Source: an uncultured Clostridia bacterium
Lineage (GTDB): Bacteria; Bacillota; Clostridia; UMGS1883
Length of the DNA: 64,000 nucleotides
Assembly (NCBI GenBank): GCA_947589005.1
Contig: CANPZO010000012.1
Location: forward strand, 5,980 to 69,979
Reading direction: 5' to 3'
Under the pieces are notes generated by a model. That model made no database searches, had not been told where the DNA came from, and saw nothing but the letters and a program-made list of their open reading frames with translations. Both the position numbers and the translations under genes were made by a program. Below are positions 8,695 through 18,307 of the stretch, piece after piece (position 1 is the stretch's first letter; each line of letters begins with the position of its first letter).

Positions 8695-11600
8695 TTACTT
8701 CTCGAAGGTGGTCCAGTCTTCCGCAGTCTCGGTCTTGGTCCAAATCTCAACGCCATTGGAAATCTCATGGTCGTGAGCTGTGGCGGCCTCGATGATAGCG
8801 GCATAATACCAAGCGTCAGCACTGAGGTCTGCGAACTCGGGAACGGTCATGCTCTTGAAGCTGTCAACGGTAACCTTGTCACGGCCAAGCATACGGTTGA
8901 TAACGGTGATGGCCTCGGCACGGGTCAGGTAATCGTTGGGACGGAACTTGCCGTCGCTGCCCTGGAACCAGCCCATAGCGGTTACGTGCTTGATTTCTTC
9001 CTTAGCCCAGCTGTCGTCGATATCGCTGTAAGGATTGGCGTCGGCGGTTGTGAAGGCGCCCATTCTCGCGCACATAGCGGCGAACTCGGCCCTGGTGATG
9101 GGCTTGCCGGTACCGAAGGTGCCGTCGGGATAGCCGTTAACTATGCCGGCGGTGTTCATGGTAGCGATAGGCGTCATGGACCACATATCGTCGGTCAGGT
9201 CGCTGAACTTGTTGGTGGAATTGGTCAGCCAGCCGTTTCTGTAGTTGTCGTTAAGCAGACGGAACAGCATAGCGGCAACCTGATCACGGGTGACATTGGC
9301 CTCGGGACGGATGGTACCGTCTTCATAACCCATTACGTAGTTGATATGGTCCTCAACCATGAAGTCAACCGCGCCAACGGTGAAGGTATAGGTATCATAA
9401 ATCTGACCGGTAGAGGGATCCTTCAGGTTTACGGTGTAAACGCCGGGCGCCAGAGGAGCGATGTCGGACAGGTCAAGGACGAAGCCGGCACGCAGCTCGG
9501 AACCGGTGGCGGTGTAGGACTTGAGAACGGTCTTGCCGTCGGGACCAACTACCTCGATAAGAGTCTTGGACATATTGGTCTCACCCTTTACGGTAAGGGC
9601 GTTGGTGCTGCCGTTAAAGCTCATTTCCTCGTCGATGAAGTTCGCGTAGGTCGAAGATCCGCGGCCACCGGTGGGGCTGGACTTGGAAAGGTCAACGATG
9701 AGGGTAACCTTACCGTCGATGGCCTTATCGCCGTAAAGCTCGGTAAGATTGTCAAGAATCTCGTACTGATCCTTGTACTTCTCCTTAAGAGCGTCCACGT
9801 CGTAGGTACCATTAATGGTCTGAGCGGAGAGCTCGGTGGGAACATAGCCCTTGTAGCCGGTAGCCTCGTCAGCCTTGGTCTGCCAGGTAACGGGAGCCTG
9901 GATGGAGGTCTTTCCGTCGGCGGAAAGGAGCTCAACCTCGGTGGGAACATTCTTCAAAGTATCCCAAGCCTTGCCCTTGGTGCCGGAGAAGGAACCGGTA
10001 ACTTTCGCGAAGTCGTCGCCTTCCTTAACTATCTGAGGCAGTACATCCTCGTCGGCGATTACCTCGAAGGTCTTGGAAACCAGATTGTCGCCAACACCGG
10101 CATATACGGTGTAAGTGCCTAAGGGAGCGGGGTTGGGAAGCTTGAACGTAACGCCGGACATATACTCGGCGGCATCCACAACCATGTAGAGGAATCTCTT
10201 GCCCTCGGGGGCCTTGATGTAGATGGAGATAAGCTCATAGTCCGCGGGATCACCCTGAATGGTTATCTCGGCGCCGGAGGTACTGCCGTACTTCTCACCG
10301 TTGGGCTGTTCAAGAGTGATAACGGGCTTGGTGGGCTCGGGAGCAGTATCCGTGGTAAGCTCGATAACGGCCGTGGTCACATAACGCTCGTAACCATGGT
10401 AAGTACTTGAATGGTCAAAAGCGTCCGGGCCTCTGTAAACAGTGACTGTAAGGGTCGGGTCATCCTTGGGTATCTTAGTGGCGTCGTATATGAGCTGAGG
10501 CACTTTAACGCCGCCGTTTGTACCCTGCAAGAAAGTCATGCCGTACTTCTCGACCGTGGCGGTGATAACACCGTCAGCCTCGGTCACTTCGATGTCATTA
10601 CCGTCAAGCTTGGGATCGGTAATCTCCATATAGAAGTATTTGGGAGTCTCATCCTTGTTAAGGGTCTGAAGGGCCTGAGGATTATCGGTGCCGCTCTTGG
10701 TGAACTTGCTGATAAAGCGGTGGGCAAACTTAGGCGCTACCGTCTGAGTAACAGTGGGATTATACTCATCGAGATCGGCGCTGTCGTTCATTACATTACC
10801 GGGAACGCTCTCCACCTCAAGCACACGGCCAAGGCCGAGGTTGAACCAGATGTTCTGACCCATGCCAACATCAGAGGTGTCGATGGTCTTAACGACCTTT
10901 TCCTCAATGTCGTACAGAGAGTTGAGATCGCCGAGGCCGCGGGCCTCGAGGGCACCCATAAACTTGTCGATGGTTGAATTGGTCTCAGCGTTATCCTGAA
11001 CATAACCAACTAGCATCTTCATAAGCTCATGAGCGGCGTTTACGGCAGTCTCGGGATCGGCGCTGAATATGCCATCGCTGACATTTTCGCCGATATAATT
11101 GTAGATTTTGCCGGTAAGCGTTTCGTCATTATTCTTATCATCAACATTTATATTGTCTCTGACAAAATTGATAACTTCCTGGCGAAGTCCGCTGGTGAGG
11201 AAGTCGATAGTTTCCATGCCCACAAGGATGGCGCCGTTCTTCTTGGGCTCATCCTCCTGCATGATGGCACGGTAGGCGGTAAGGAATTTACCCTCGCTCT
11301 GCTGGAACTCATATTCCTCGCCGCTGTCGCCGCTGGTAACAAAGTTGGCAACGAGCTGAAGGAGGTCTCCAACTTCCTTGCGAGCCTGAAGCTTACCAAT
11401 CTCGTCAATCTGCGCCTTGGCTTCCTCAGCGTCGTACTTGGCACCGGACTCAACAAGATCGGGATTCCCGGGATGGTCGGGATCTATATTCAGGTTACCG
11501 TTGGCGATTTCGTTGAGGTACTTGAGAGCATCCTCAAGGCTGTCAAACTCGCCGCTCGCTATCTTCTTCTGGATATCCTCAAGAGCGTCGGTAAGAGAGG

Positions 11601-12222
11601 CGTCGGGGTTATCTTCACCGAGATTGAACGTAATGTCGGATTCAACCTCGCTTATGATGCCGAGATAAAGCAGAAGGTCGAGCTGACCGTTAACATCCTC
11701 CATAAAGGGCAACAGCAGATTATCGCCTATATCCTCGCTGTAATCCTCAAAGAGTGTCATAGCGGCTTTAAGGCCCACTGTGGAGGTGTCGTATGTCGTA
11801 TTGATTTCCTTGAAGCGTTCAACAAGGTTCAAAATTGTAGGATAATCGTGAATATCCTCCGTTACCTCGTAGACTTCGGGAGACGCGTTACCGTCGTACT
11901 GCTCCTCCAACCATCTGAGGAAAAAGTAAGGAGTGACGGTCTTATCCGTAACATCAGCCTTGTCTTTTTCGAGAACGGTGTCATTAAGTATGGTGTCGGC
12001 AATTTCTTTCCAAACACCTTCCTCATTAACATCTACTTCGACGGGCTTTATGCTCTCATCAAGGAGCTCCTTCTGCCCATCCAAAGCAATTTTTGTGCGT
12101 ACATTGTCGACCCTGTCCACCATGCGCTGAACCGAGGTTTCGGGCTTGGCCATAGCCATCCCCGCAAAAACGGTGAAGCACAGAGCAAGAGCCAGCAACA
12201 TACTGAGCACGCGTTTTTTCAT
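8695..12222 (-). CDS. Large cell-surface protein with three C-terminal S-layer homology (SLH) domains
   Basis: Signal peptide MKKRVLSMLLALALCFTVFAGMAMA. The C-terminal 190 aa hold three SLH repeats (FSDLTDDMWSMTPIATMNTAGIVNGY..., YSDIDDSWAKEEIKHVTAMGWFQG..., FADLSADAWYYAAIIEAATAHD...). Start moved to MKKRV (RBS AAAGGAAGGTG). Confidence 0.85.
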   Translation of the reverse strand: MKKRVLSMLLALALCFTVFAGMAMAKPETSVQRMVDRVDNVRTKIALDGQKELLDESIKPVEVDVNEEGVWKEIADTILNDTVLEKDKADVTDKTVTPYFFLRWLEEQYDGNASPEVYEVTEDIHDYPTILNLVERFKEINTTYDTSTVGLKAAMTLFEDYSEDIGDNLLLPFMEDVNGQLDLLLYLGIISEVESDITFNLGEDNPDASLTDALEDIQKKIASGEFDSLEDALKYLNEIANGNLNIDPDHPGNPDLVESGAKYDAEEAKAQIDEIGKLQARKEVGDLLQLVANFVTSGDSGEEYEFQQSEGKFLTAYRAIMQEDEPKKNGAILVGMETIDFLTSGLRQEVINFVRDNINVDDKNNDETLTGKIYNYIGENVSDGIFSADPETAVNAAHELMKMLVGYVQDNAETNSTIDKFMGALEARGLGDLNSLYDIEEKVVKTIDTSDVGMGQNIWFNLGLGRVLEVESVPGNVMNDSADLDEYNPTVTQTVAPKFAHRFISKFTKSGTDNPQALQTLNKDETPKYFYMEITDPKLDGNDIEVTEADGVITATVEKYGMTFLQGTNGGVKVPQLIYDATKIPKDDPTLTVTVYRGPDAFDHSSTYHGYERYVTTAVIELTTDTAPEPTKPVITLEQPNGEKYGSTSGAEITIQGDPADYELISIYIKAPEGKRFLYMVVDAAEYMSGVTFKLPNPAPLGTYTVYAGVGDNLVSKTFEVIADEDVLPQIVKEGDDFAKVTGSFSGTKGKAWDTLKNVPTEVELLSADGKTSIQAPVTWQTKADEATGYKGYVPTELSAQTINGTYDVDALKEKYKDQYEILDNLTELYGDKAIDGKVTLIVDLSKSSPTGGRGSSTYANFIDEEMSFNGSTNALTVKGETNMSKTLIEVVGPDGKTVLKSYTATGSELRAGFVLDLSDIAPLAPGVYTVNLKDPSTGQIYDTYTFTVGAVDFMVEDHINYVMGYEDGTIRPEANVTRDQVAAMLFRLLNDNYRNGWLTNSTNKFSDLTDDMWSMTPIATMNTAGIVNGYPDGTFGTGKPITRAEFAAMCARMGAFTTADANPYSDIDDSWAKEEIKHVTAMGWFQGSDGKFRPNDYLTRAEAITVINRMLGRDKVTVDSFKSMTVPEFADLSADAWYYAAIIEAATAHDHEISNGVEIWTKTETAEDWTTFEK

Positions 12223-12414
12223 AATCTGCACCTTCCTTTTGATTTTGTGAAAACCGAATTTCATATGTTTTTTTCAGCACTACCGTGGAAAAGGGTATAG
12301 TACACCACAATCATGCTACTTTAGATAATACCATAAACTTGACACAATTTCAAGTGTTTTTTTAAAAAAATTTTTATTAATTTTGTGTTTATGCAAAATA
12401 CTAAAAAAAAACAG

Positions 12415-12443
12415 TTGCATTTTGTGAACTTTTTAGGTATAAT
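12415..12443 (+). promoter_or_regulatory. Putative promoter for mscL (TTGCAT-17-TATAAT)
   Basis: TTGCATtttgtgaactttttaggTATAAT in AT-rich divergent intergenic region. Confidence 0.5.
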
Positions 12444-12500
12444 TGATTTGTAAGGGAATTTACCCACAAACAAAACACAAGAGAAAGGAGAGTACGGAAA

Positions 12501-12920
12501 ATGGGACTTATTAAGGAATTTAAGGATTTTGCCTTTAAGGGCAACGTGCTGGACATGGCCGTCGGCGTTATCATAGGCGGCGCGTTCACGGCGGTGGTTT
12601 CGGGTGTTGTCGAAAATATACTCAACCCCATTGTCACCCTTGTGATGGACCATTCCGAGGACGGCCTTGCCGCTTGGGAAAAGGCTTTGCCCGGCAACGT
12701 CAGCGCCCTGGCGTCCTCCATCATTTCTTTCCTTATCACCGCGCTGGTGCTTTTCCTTATTCTTAAGGGAATAAACACCGCCAGCGCCAAGGCCGCCGAG
12801 CTGTCCGGCCGCGGCAAGGAGGAGGCTCCCGCCCCCACGACCAAGGTATGTCCTTACTGCAAGAGCGAGATACCCATCGACGCCGTAAAGTGCGCGCACT
12901 GCACCAGCGACGTGGAGTAG
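12501..12920 (+). CDS. mscL: Large-conductance mechanosensitive channel MscL with C-terminal CxxC...CxxC extension
   Basis: [43 protein letters not shown] is the canonical MscL N-terminus. C-terminus [22 protein letters not shown]. Confidence 0.9.
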   Translation: MGLIKEFKDFAFKGNVLDMAVGVIIGGAFTAVVSGVVENILNPIVTLVMDHSEDGLAAWEKALPGNVSALASSIISFLITALVLFLILKGINTASAKAAELSGRGKEEAPAPTTKVCPYCKSEIPIDAVKCAHCTSDVE

Positions 12921-12941
12921 CGTTCCTCCCGGATGAGTTCA

Positions 12942-12968
12942 GCCCCGCCCCCCTTTAACGGGGGCGGG
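12942..12968 (+). terminator. GC hairpin after mscL (weak T-tract)
   Basis: CCCCGCCCCCCtttaacGGGGGCGGGG; the downstream T-run is poor. Confidence 0.45.
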
Positions 12969-13005
12969 GAGCGAGCTTTACTTTATTAATAAAGGTAATG
13001 ATGTT

Positions 13006-14208
13006 ATGGAAAAAGACTGGAAGCTGCTGTCGCCCTTAGGGGTGTCGGACGTGCTGGAGGGCGACTGCGCCCTGAAAAACAAAATAGAGACCGCTATCGC
13101 CGGGGCCTTGGACTCCTTTGGTTACAGTGAGATCCAGACCCCGACATTTGAATATTTCGACGTTTTCGCCGACGACCTGTCCATCGCCACCGAGGACGTG
13201 ATAAAATTTATAGACAAGTCCGGCAGGGTGCTCGCCCTGCGGCCGGACTATACCACCGCCATCTCGCGGCTGGTGGCCTCGCACAAGACCGAGGCTCCTC
13301 TCCCCCTGCGGCTCCGTTACCGGGGCAACATCTTCCGCGCCGGAGAAAGCTATACCGAGGCCCGTCAAAAGGAGTTCACCCAGGCGGGGGCGGAGCTGTT
13401 CGGCCCCTCCGGGCCGGAGGCCGACGCCGAGGTCATCATCGCCACCATCGACGCCCTGCTCAGGTGCGGGCTGAAGGAGTTTCAGCTGGAGCTGGGGCAC
13501 ACGGGCTTTCTCAGGGGAGTCGTGGACGGGCGGCTCGGCGAGGACGAGACCGCTGAGCTGACCGAGCTTTTGGACAAAAAATTTATTCTCGGCATAGAGG
13601 AGTTCTGCAAAAAGGCCGGTCTTGACCCCGACACGTCGGAGCTGCTGTGCGAAATGCCGGGGCTTTACGGCGACCCGTCCGTGGCCGAAAAGGTCGCCGA
13701 AAGGCCGCTCAGCGCCCAAAGCCGGGCCGCGCTGGAAAACCTGCTGGCGGTCTGCGCCGCTGTGAAGGATTACGGCTATGAAAAATATATCAGCGTGGAC
13801 CTCGGGTTGGTGCGGAGTTTTAAGTATTACACGGGCATAGTGTTCAAGGGGCTGACCTACGGGGTGGCCTTTCCGGTGTGCGGCGGCGGCCGCTATGACG
13901 GCCTGGCGGACAGGTTCGGCCTGGCTTTGCCGGCCACGGGCACGGCTATTTGGACCGACCGGGTGATGACCGCCCTCATACGCCAAAAGCAAAAGCAGGC
14001 GGAGCTGAAAATCGACCTGCTCATATGGTACGGCCGTTCCGAGGAGCGGGCCGCGGCCTACGCCATGGCCCGGGAGCAGCGGGAAAAGGGGCTGCGGGTC
14101 CTGTGCGAGGAGCATCCGGACTTCGACGGCGACGAGGCCGCGCGGCTGCGGTATATGAGCGAACGCAAAATCTTACAGGCGGTCAAGGGAGGCTCGGCGA
14201 ATGGCTGA
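13006..14208 (+). CDS. hisZ: ATP phosphoribosyltransferase regulatory subunit HisZ
   Basis: 400 aa HisRS-like catalytic core lacking an anticodon-binding domain, immediately upstream of and overlapping short-form hisG. Confidence 0.88.
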   Translation: MEKDWKLLSPLGVSDVLEGDCALKNKIETAIAGALDSFGYSEIQTPTFEYFDVFADDLSIATEDVIKFIDKSGRVLALRPDYTTAISRLVASHKTEAPLPLRLRYRGNIFRAGESYTEARQKEFTQAGAELFGPSGPEADAEVIIATIDALLRCGLKEFQLELGHTGFLRGVVDGRLGEDETAELTELLDKKFILGIEEFCKKAGLDPDTSELLCEMPGLYGDPSVAEKVAERPLSAQSRAALENLLAVCAAVKDYGYEKYISVDLGLVRSFKYYTGIVFKGLTYGVAFPVCGGGRYDGLADRFGLALPATGTAIWTDRVMTALIRQKQKQAELKIDLLIWYGRSEERAAAYAMAREQREKGLRVLCEEHPDFDGDEAARLRYMSERKILQAVKGGSANG

Positions 14209-14854
14209 AAAATATTTGACTATAGCTTTGGCAAAGGGACGGCTGGCGGAGCTGTCGGTGGAAATTTTCATGAAGCTGGGCTACGACTGCGCCGAAATGC
14301 TGACCAAGACCCGCAAGCTCATATTTACCGACGAGGCGAGGGAGGTGCGCTTTCTGCTGGTGAAGGCCGGCGACGTGCCCACCTACGTGGAGTACGGCGC
14401 GGCGGACGTGGGCATAGTGGGACGGGACACCATACTCGAGGAGGGTCGCAACCTCTACGAGATGCTGGACCTGGGCTTCGGCAAATGCCGGATGTGCGTC
14501 TGCGGTTCGGAGGAAATGAGGGAAAAGCTCAGCTCCACCTCGGGGCTGAGGGTCGCCAGCAAGTATCCGGAAATAGCCCGCGACTATTTTATAAGCAAAA
14601 AGAACATCAACGTGGAAATAATCAAGCTGAACGGCAGCGTCGAGCTGGCCCCCATAACCGGCCTCAGCGAGGTGATTGTGGACATTGTGGAAAGCGGAAA
14701 GACCCTCGAGGAAAACGGCCTCACCGTGCTTGAGGAGGTCTGCCCCCTGTCCGCACGGCTCATCGTCAACCGAGTCAGCGCAAAAATGGAAAGCGCCCGC
14801 ATAAAATCGCTGGTGAGCGAAATTCGAAAAACCGTCGAGGAGATGTCCGAATGA
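14201..14854 (+). CDS. hisG: ATP phosphoribosyltransferase (short form)
   Basis: 217 aa: [42 protein letters not shown]... Overlaps hisZ and hisH. Confidence 0.9.
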   Translation: MAEKYLTIALAKGRLAELSVEIFMKLGYDCAEMLTKTRKLIFTDEAREVRFLLVKAGDVPTYVEYGAADVGIVGRDTILEEGRNLYEMLDLGFGKCRMCVCGSEEMREKLSSTSGLRVASKYPEIARDYFISKKNINVEIIKLNGSVELAPITGLSEVIVDIVESGKTLEENGLTVLEEVCPLSARLIVNRVSAKMESARIKSLVSEIRKTVEEMSE

Positions 14855-15477
14855 TAGCGATAATCGATTATGACGCCGGAAATCTGCTCAACGTGGAAAA
14901 AGCCTTCCGCTTTTTGGGGCGGGAGGCCGTTGTCACCGACGACGGCGGCCTTATACTGGCGGCGGACCGCGTGGTGCTGCCGGGGGTGGGGGCCTTCGGC
15001 GACTGTATGGCCAGCCTGCGGGCAAAGGGTTTGACGGGCGTCATCGAAAAGGTGATTGAAAATAAGACGCCGTTCCTCGGCATATGTCTGGGTATGCAGC
15101 TTTTGTTCGAGGGAAGCGAGGAAAGTCCCGGCGCGGCGGGGCTCGGTATTTTAAAGGGTAAAATCCGCCGCATACCGGATCGGGGGCTGAAAATACCCCA
15201 TATGGGCTGGAACGACATTGACTGCCGCGGGCGGCTGTTCGAGGGACTGGAGCGGCCCTATGTGTACTTCGTCCACTCCTACTGCCTGGACGCGGCGGAC
15301 AAGGGCATAGTTTCGGCCCGGGCGGAGTACGGGGTCACTATCGAGGCCGCCGTCGAGACGCAAAATGTTTTCGCCGCTCAGTTCCACCCGGAAAAAAGCG
15401 GGGACGCGGGACTTAAAATGCTTACGAACTTCGCCGCCATGAAAAGGGAGGACTTCCTATGTACGCAAAGCGCATAA
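14851..15477 (+). CDS. hisH: Imidazole glycerol phosphate synthase, glutamine amidotransferase subunit
   Basis: [23 protein letters not shown]... class I GATase with GICLGMQ nucleophile elbow and HPEKS. Confidence 0.9.
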   Translation: MIAIIDYDAGNLLNVEKAFRFLGREAVVTDDGGLILAADRVVLPGVGAFGDCMASLRAKGLTGVIEKVIENKTPFLGICLGMQLLFEGSEESPGAAGLGILKGKIRRIPDRGLKIPHMGWNDIDCRGRLFEGLERPYVYFVHSYCLDAADKGIVSARAEYGVTIEAAVETQNVFAAQFHPEKSGDAGLKMLTNFAAMKREDFLCTQSA

Positions 15478-16217
15478 TCCCCTGTCTTGACGTGAACGAC
15501 GGCCGGGTGGTCAAGGGGGTAAACTTTGTAAACCTCATAGACGCCGGCGACCCGGTGGAGTGCGCCCGAACCTACGACAGGGCCGGGGCGGACGAGCTGG
15601 TGTTTTTGGACATAACCGCCACCAGCGACCGGCGGGAAACCGTGGTGGATATGGTGCGGCGGGTGGCGGAATCGGTGTTCATTCCCTTCACGGTGGGCGG
15701 CGGCATCCGCACGGTGGCGGACTTCCGCACGCTGCTGCTGGCGGGGGCGGACAAGGTCAGCGTAAATTCCTCGGCCATTAAGCGGCCGGAGCTGATAAGC
15801 GAGGCGGCGGACCGGTTCGGCAGTCAGTGCGTGGTCTGCGCCATCGACGCCAAGCGCCGTGAAAACGGCGGCGGCTGGGAGGTGTTCCTGGCCGGGGGGC
15901 GCGTCAACACCGGCATCGACGCCCTGGAATGGGCGGCAAGGGCCGAGGCTCTCGGGGCGGGAGAAATACTGCTCACCTCCATGGATCGCGACGGCACCAA
16001 GGCGGGCTATGATTTGGAGCTGACGCGGGCCGTCAGCGAAAGCGCGAAAATACCCGTCATAGCCAGCGGCGGCGCGGGGACGATGGAGCATTTTTACGAC
16101 GCGCTCACCCTCGGCAGGGCCGACGCGGTGCTGGCCGCCAGCCTGTTCCACTTCGGCGAGATAGGCATCGGCGAGCTGAAAACCTACCTCGGCGGCCGGG
16201 GCATAGCCGTGAGATAA
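15459..16217 (+). CDS. hisF: Imidazole glycerol phosphate synthase, cyclase subunit
   Basis: [55 protein letters not shown] is the canonical HisF (beta/alpha)8. Confidence 0.92.
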   Translation: MYAKRIIPCLDVNDGRVVKGVNFVNLIDAGDPVECARTYDRAGADELVFLDITATSDRRETVVDMVRRVAESVFIPFTVGGGIRTVADFRTLLLAGADKVSVNSSAIKRPELISEAADRFGSQCVVCAIDAKRRENGGGWEVFLAGGRVNTGIDALEWAARAEALGAGEILLTSMDRDGTKAGYDLELTRAVSESAKIPVIASGGAGTMEHFYDALTLGRADAVLAASLFHFGEIGIGELKTYLGGRGIAVR

Positions 16218-16233
16218 TGTAACGGCGCGCAAC

Positions 16234-16280
16234 GGGGCGGCGCTTTGTGACCAAGTCACAGAGCGCCGCCCCGTTTTTGT
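16234..16280 (+). terminator. Rho-independent terminator after hisF
   Basis: GGGGCGGCGCTTTGTGAC-caa-GTCACAGAGCGCCGCCCC followed by GTTTTTGTGTTT. Confidence 0.8.
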
Positions 16281-16333
16281 GTTTCAATCCGCCCAAAGCG
16301 GCACGATAAAGCCCATGAGTTTACAAAAAACAC

Positions 16334-16362
16334 TTTACAAACCGTCGGGAATGTGGTATACT
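16334..16362 (+). promoter_or_regulatory. Putative promoter TTTACA-17-TATACT at start of an AT-rich 400-bp untranslated leader
   Basis: cTTTACAaaccgtcgggaatgtggTATACTg. No convincing ORF for about 390 bp downstream; two hairpin/T-run structures at 16408-16435 and 16615-16645. Confidence 0.4.
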
Positions 16363-16755
16363 GTAAATGCCACATAATCGGATAAGAAAGGAGACGCACA
16401 ATCGTGCGCTTTTTAGGCGTGCATTGATTTATTTTATTTTACGCGGAAGTGTTTCCGTATAAAATGCTGACATTCGGACAACTCTTTTACAGTGGTAAAA
16501 ACGCCGCTCCAAAGGGTTGCTCTGATGTCGCTTCTTCAAGGTGCAAACCAAAAGTGTCTCCTCAGTGTTATATCCGATTTATGTGGCAGTAAATTCGGAG
16601 TTTGGCGTTTTTCGTGCGCAGCTTCGAATTGGCTGCGCATTTTTTATTGCGCCGAACACGAATTTGTCCAAAAAGGAGGGAGCGCGTATTTCGGCGCCGT
16701 GGCAGCGCGATTATAAAATGAACGCAGTAATAATATGACAAAGGAGATATTTGAA

Positions 16756-17106
16756 ATGACAATCATCAGCACATCGGATTTGTTGGGCGATATGCCCCCA
16801 CAGTTACTTTTTGTAACTCTCGCCTCCATTTTAATTGCGATACCCGTCGTGCTTTTTCTGATGAAAGCTATCATGAAGAACGCGGACAATTTTAAACCGA
16901 CAATCACAAAAAGGGTAAAAATAATCGAACGCCGTCCCCCGAAAGGCAACGGTATTACGCTTTTTAGGGAATACAGTATTGAAACGGACGCTGGCGAGCG
17001 TTTGATTTTGCGCAATTACGACGAAAAAACGCTTATATTAAAAGAGGGCGATCAAGGAATAATGTCTTATTGTGGAAAAACCATAAAAAGCTTCAAAAGA
17101 GATTAG
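16756..17106 (+). CDS. Small membrane protein (N-terminal TM helix plus about 85-aa soluble domain), unknown function
   Basis: MTIISTSDLLGDMPPQLLFVTLASILIAIPVVLFLMKAIMKN... AAAGGAG RBS 8 nt upstream. AT-rich codon usage unlike neighbours. Confidence 0.6.
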   Translation: MTIISTSDLLGDMPPQLLFVTLASILIAIPVVLFLMKAIMKNADNFKPTITKRVKIIERRPPKGNGITLFREYSIETDAGERLILRNYDEKTLILKEGDQGIMSYCGKTIKSFKRD

Positions 17107-17118
17107 GAGGCACGCTTT

Positions 17119-17532
17119 ATGAACAAATCATATAAAATGGTCATAATACCGGCTGTTATTATAATCGCCGTAATCGCGGGCCTGTTGATTTTCAGGAGTA
17201 TAAATTCCAAGAAACCGAAGCCGTATATGCGCAATCCCGAATATACATACGGAGAAGTGCCGGAGGCCGGAATAGAGAGCATCTTTGAATTGACCGGAAC
17301 CCAGGCGCAAACCGCCTTCGACTCTACAATTATTGACCGTGAAAACGGGAGAGACGCCGAACAAGCATACGGTGTGCATATGGTATACAGCAGCGAGACC
17401 TCCGACGGCGGAGTGGTGGCCTACGACAATATTATGTATGTGTACTCACCGGACAAAAACGAAAAAAGCGGAGTTGAATCCGCGGTACAAAGCGAATATA
17501 TGAAGAGGAAAAGAGAGCAAAGCAGCAACTGA
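17119..17532 (+). CDS. Small membrane-anchored protein, unknown function
   Basis: MNKSYKMVIIPAVIIIAVIAGLLIF... then a hydrophilic domain. AGGAGG RBS. 12 nt after the previous gene. Confidence 0.65.
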   Translation: MNKSYKMVIIPAVIIIAVIAGLLIFRSINSKKPKPYMRNPEYTYGEVPEAGIESIFELTGTQAQTAFDSTIIDRENGRDAEQAYGVHMVYSSETSDGGVVAYDNIMYVYSPDKNEKSGVESAVQSEYMKRKREQSSN

Positions 17533-17545
17533 AGCAACGCCTTTT

Positions 17546-17829
17546 CTTAAGCACAGGGAAGTCGAACACCGCGACGGTTTAAAGCGGTGAAATTTCCCCC
17601 ATGCTTCGTTAAAAATGCTCGGAAGGCGTCAGCCTTCCTGCGCTTTTTGCCTCGCCTAAGAAAAATTTCGCTCGCTTTAAACTCCTGCGGACCGTGTGGG
17701 TGGATATTTTTTCGTAGGCAAGGAAAAGGTTCCTCGGAATACTGTCGTATTCCGAGAGGTTCTTTGACGCCGCATACGGGAAAATACACCCCGCACGGCG
17801 CACGGGGTTCGACTCCCCTGTGCTTAACA
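17546..17829 (+). mobile_element. MITE-like non-autonomous element, full copy A (284 bp) with about 25-bp imperfect terminal inverted repeats resembling tRNA 3' ends
   Basis: 5' CTTAAGCACAGGGAAGTCGAACACCGC ... GGGGTTCGACTCCCCTGTGCTTAA 3'. Its reverse complement is about 95% identical to 60826-61220 apart from one 120-bp insertion there. No ORF with coding signal. Confidence 0.7.
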
Positions 17830-17892
17830 AAAACAGCATATACGCAAACGGCCGCGCTGTGGCGAAATCACAGCGCGGCCATTTTTTGTATG

Positions 17893-18252
17893 TCAATCCG
17901 CCCTGCCGCTTTCCAGCGGCTGCCCGCCGTAAAAGGCGTTGGCGATGGCCTGCATGGCGGGGTCGAGATAGACGTACTTACCGGCGGCTCGGGTCATGCT
18001 GTCCAAAATTTCCTGCGGCAGAGGCGGGTCGCCCCGTTTTTCACGCATGGCGTTGAGACCGGCCTGCATCGCGGCCTTCTCCTCGTCCGAGGCGGGGCGG
18101 AAAATGTCATTTTCCGCGGGCTTACGCATATCCACGGCCATACGGGTTTTGTCCACGACAATCACCCCCGGGGCGGCGGAGCGGTCGTCCTCGGGGTAGT
18201 ACTCGTACCTGAGCGTGTCGCCGGTATTTTCCACAAGTTCAAAGGTTACCAT
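17893..18252 (-). CDS. Hypothetical cytoplasmic protein (119 aa)
   Basis: MVTFELVENTGDTLRYEYYPEDDRSAAPGVIVVDKTRMAVDMRKPAENDIF... GAGGGAAAG RBS. 55 nt downstream of the vanX-like gene. Overlapping plus-strand ORF 17587..18273 rejected. Confidence 0.5.
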   Translation of the reverse strand: MVTFELVENTGDTLRYEYYPEDDRSAAPGVIVVDKTRMAVDMRKPAENDIFRPASDEEKAAMQAGLNAMREKRGDPPLPQEILDSMTRAAGKYVYLDPAMQAIANAFYGGQPLESGRAD

Positions 18253-18307
18253 ATCTTTCCCTCACTTTTTTAAGCACGTTTTTAATTTTTAATCGCGTTT
18301 TACTTTC

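Noticed and set aside
8557-12300. Long plus-strand ORFs (8557..10122, 11029..12300) antisense to the SLH protein gene
   Set aside because: Typical spurious antisense frames in a GC-rich gene; low-complexity Gly/Val/Leu translations, no RBS, and the minus-strand gene has signal peptide and SLH domains.
17587-18273. 228-aa plus-strand ORF starting inside MITE copy A and overlapping the 119-aa minus-strand gene
   Set aside because: Begins within the repeat, Arg/Gly-rich low complexity, no RBS. The minus-strand 17893..18252 frame has a GAGGGAAAG RBS and balanced composition.
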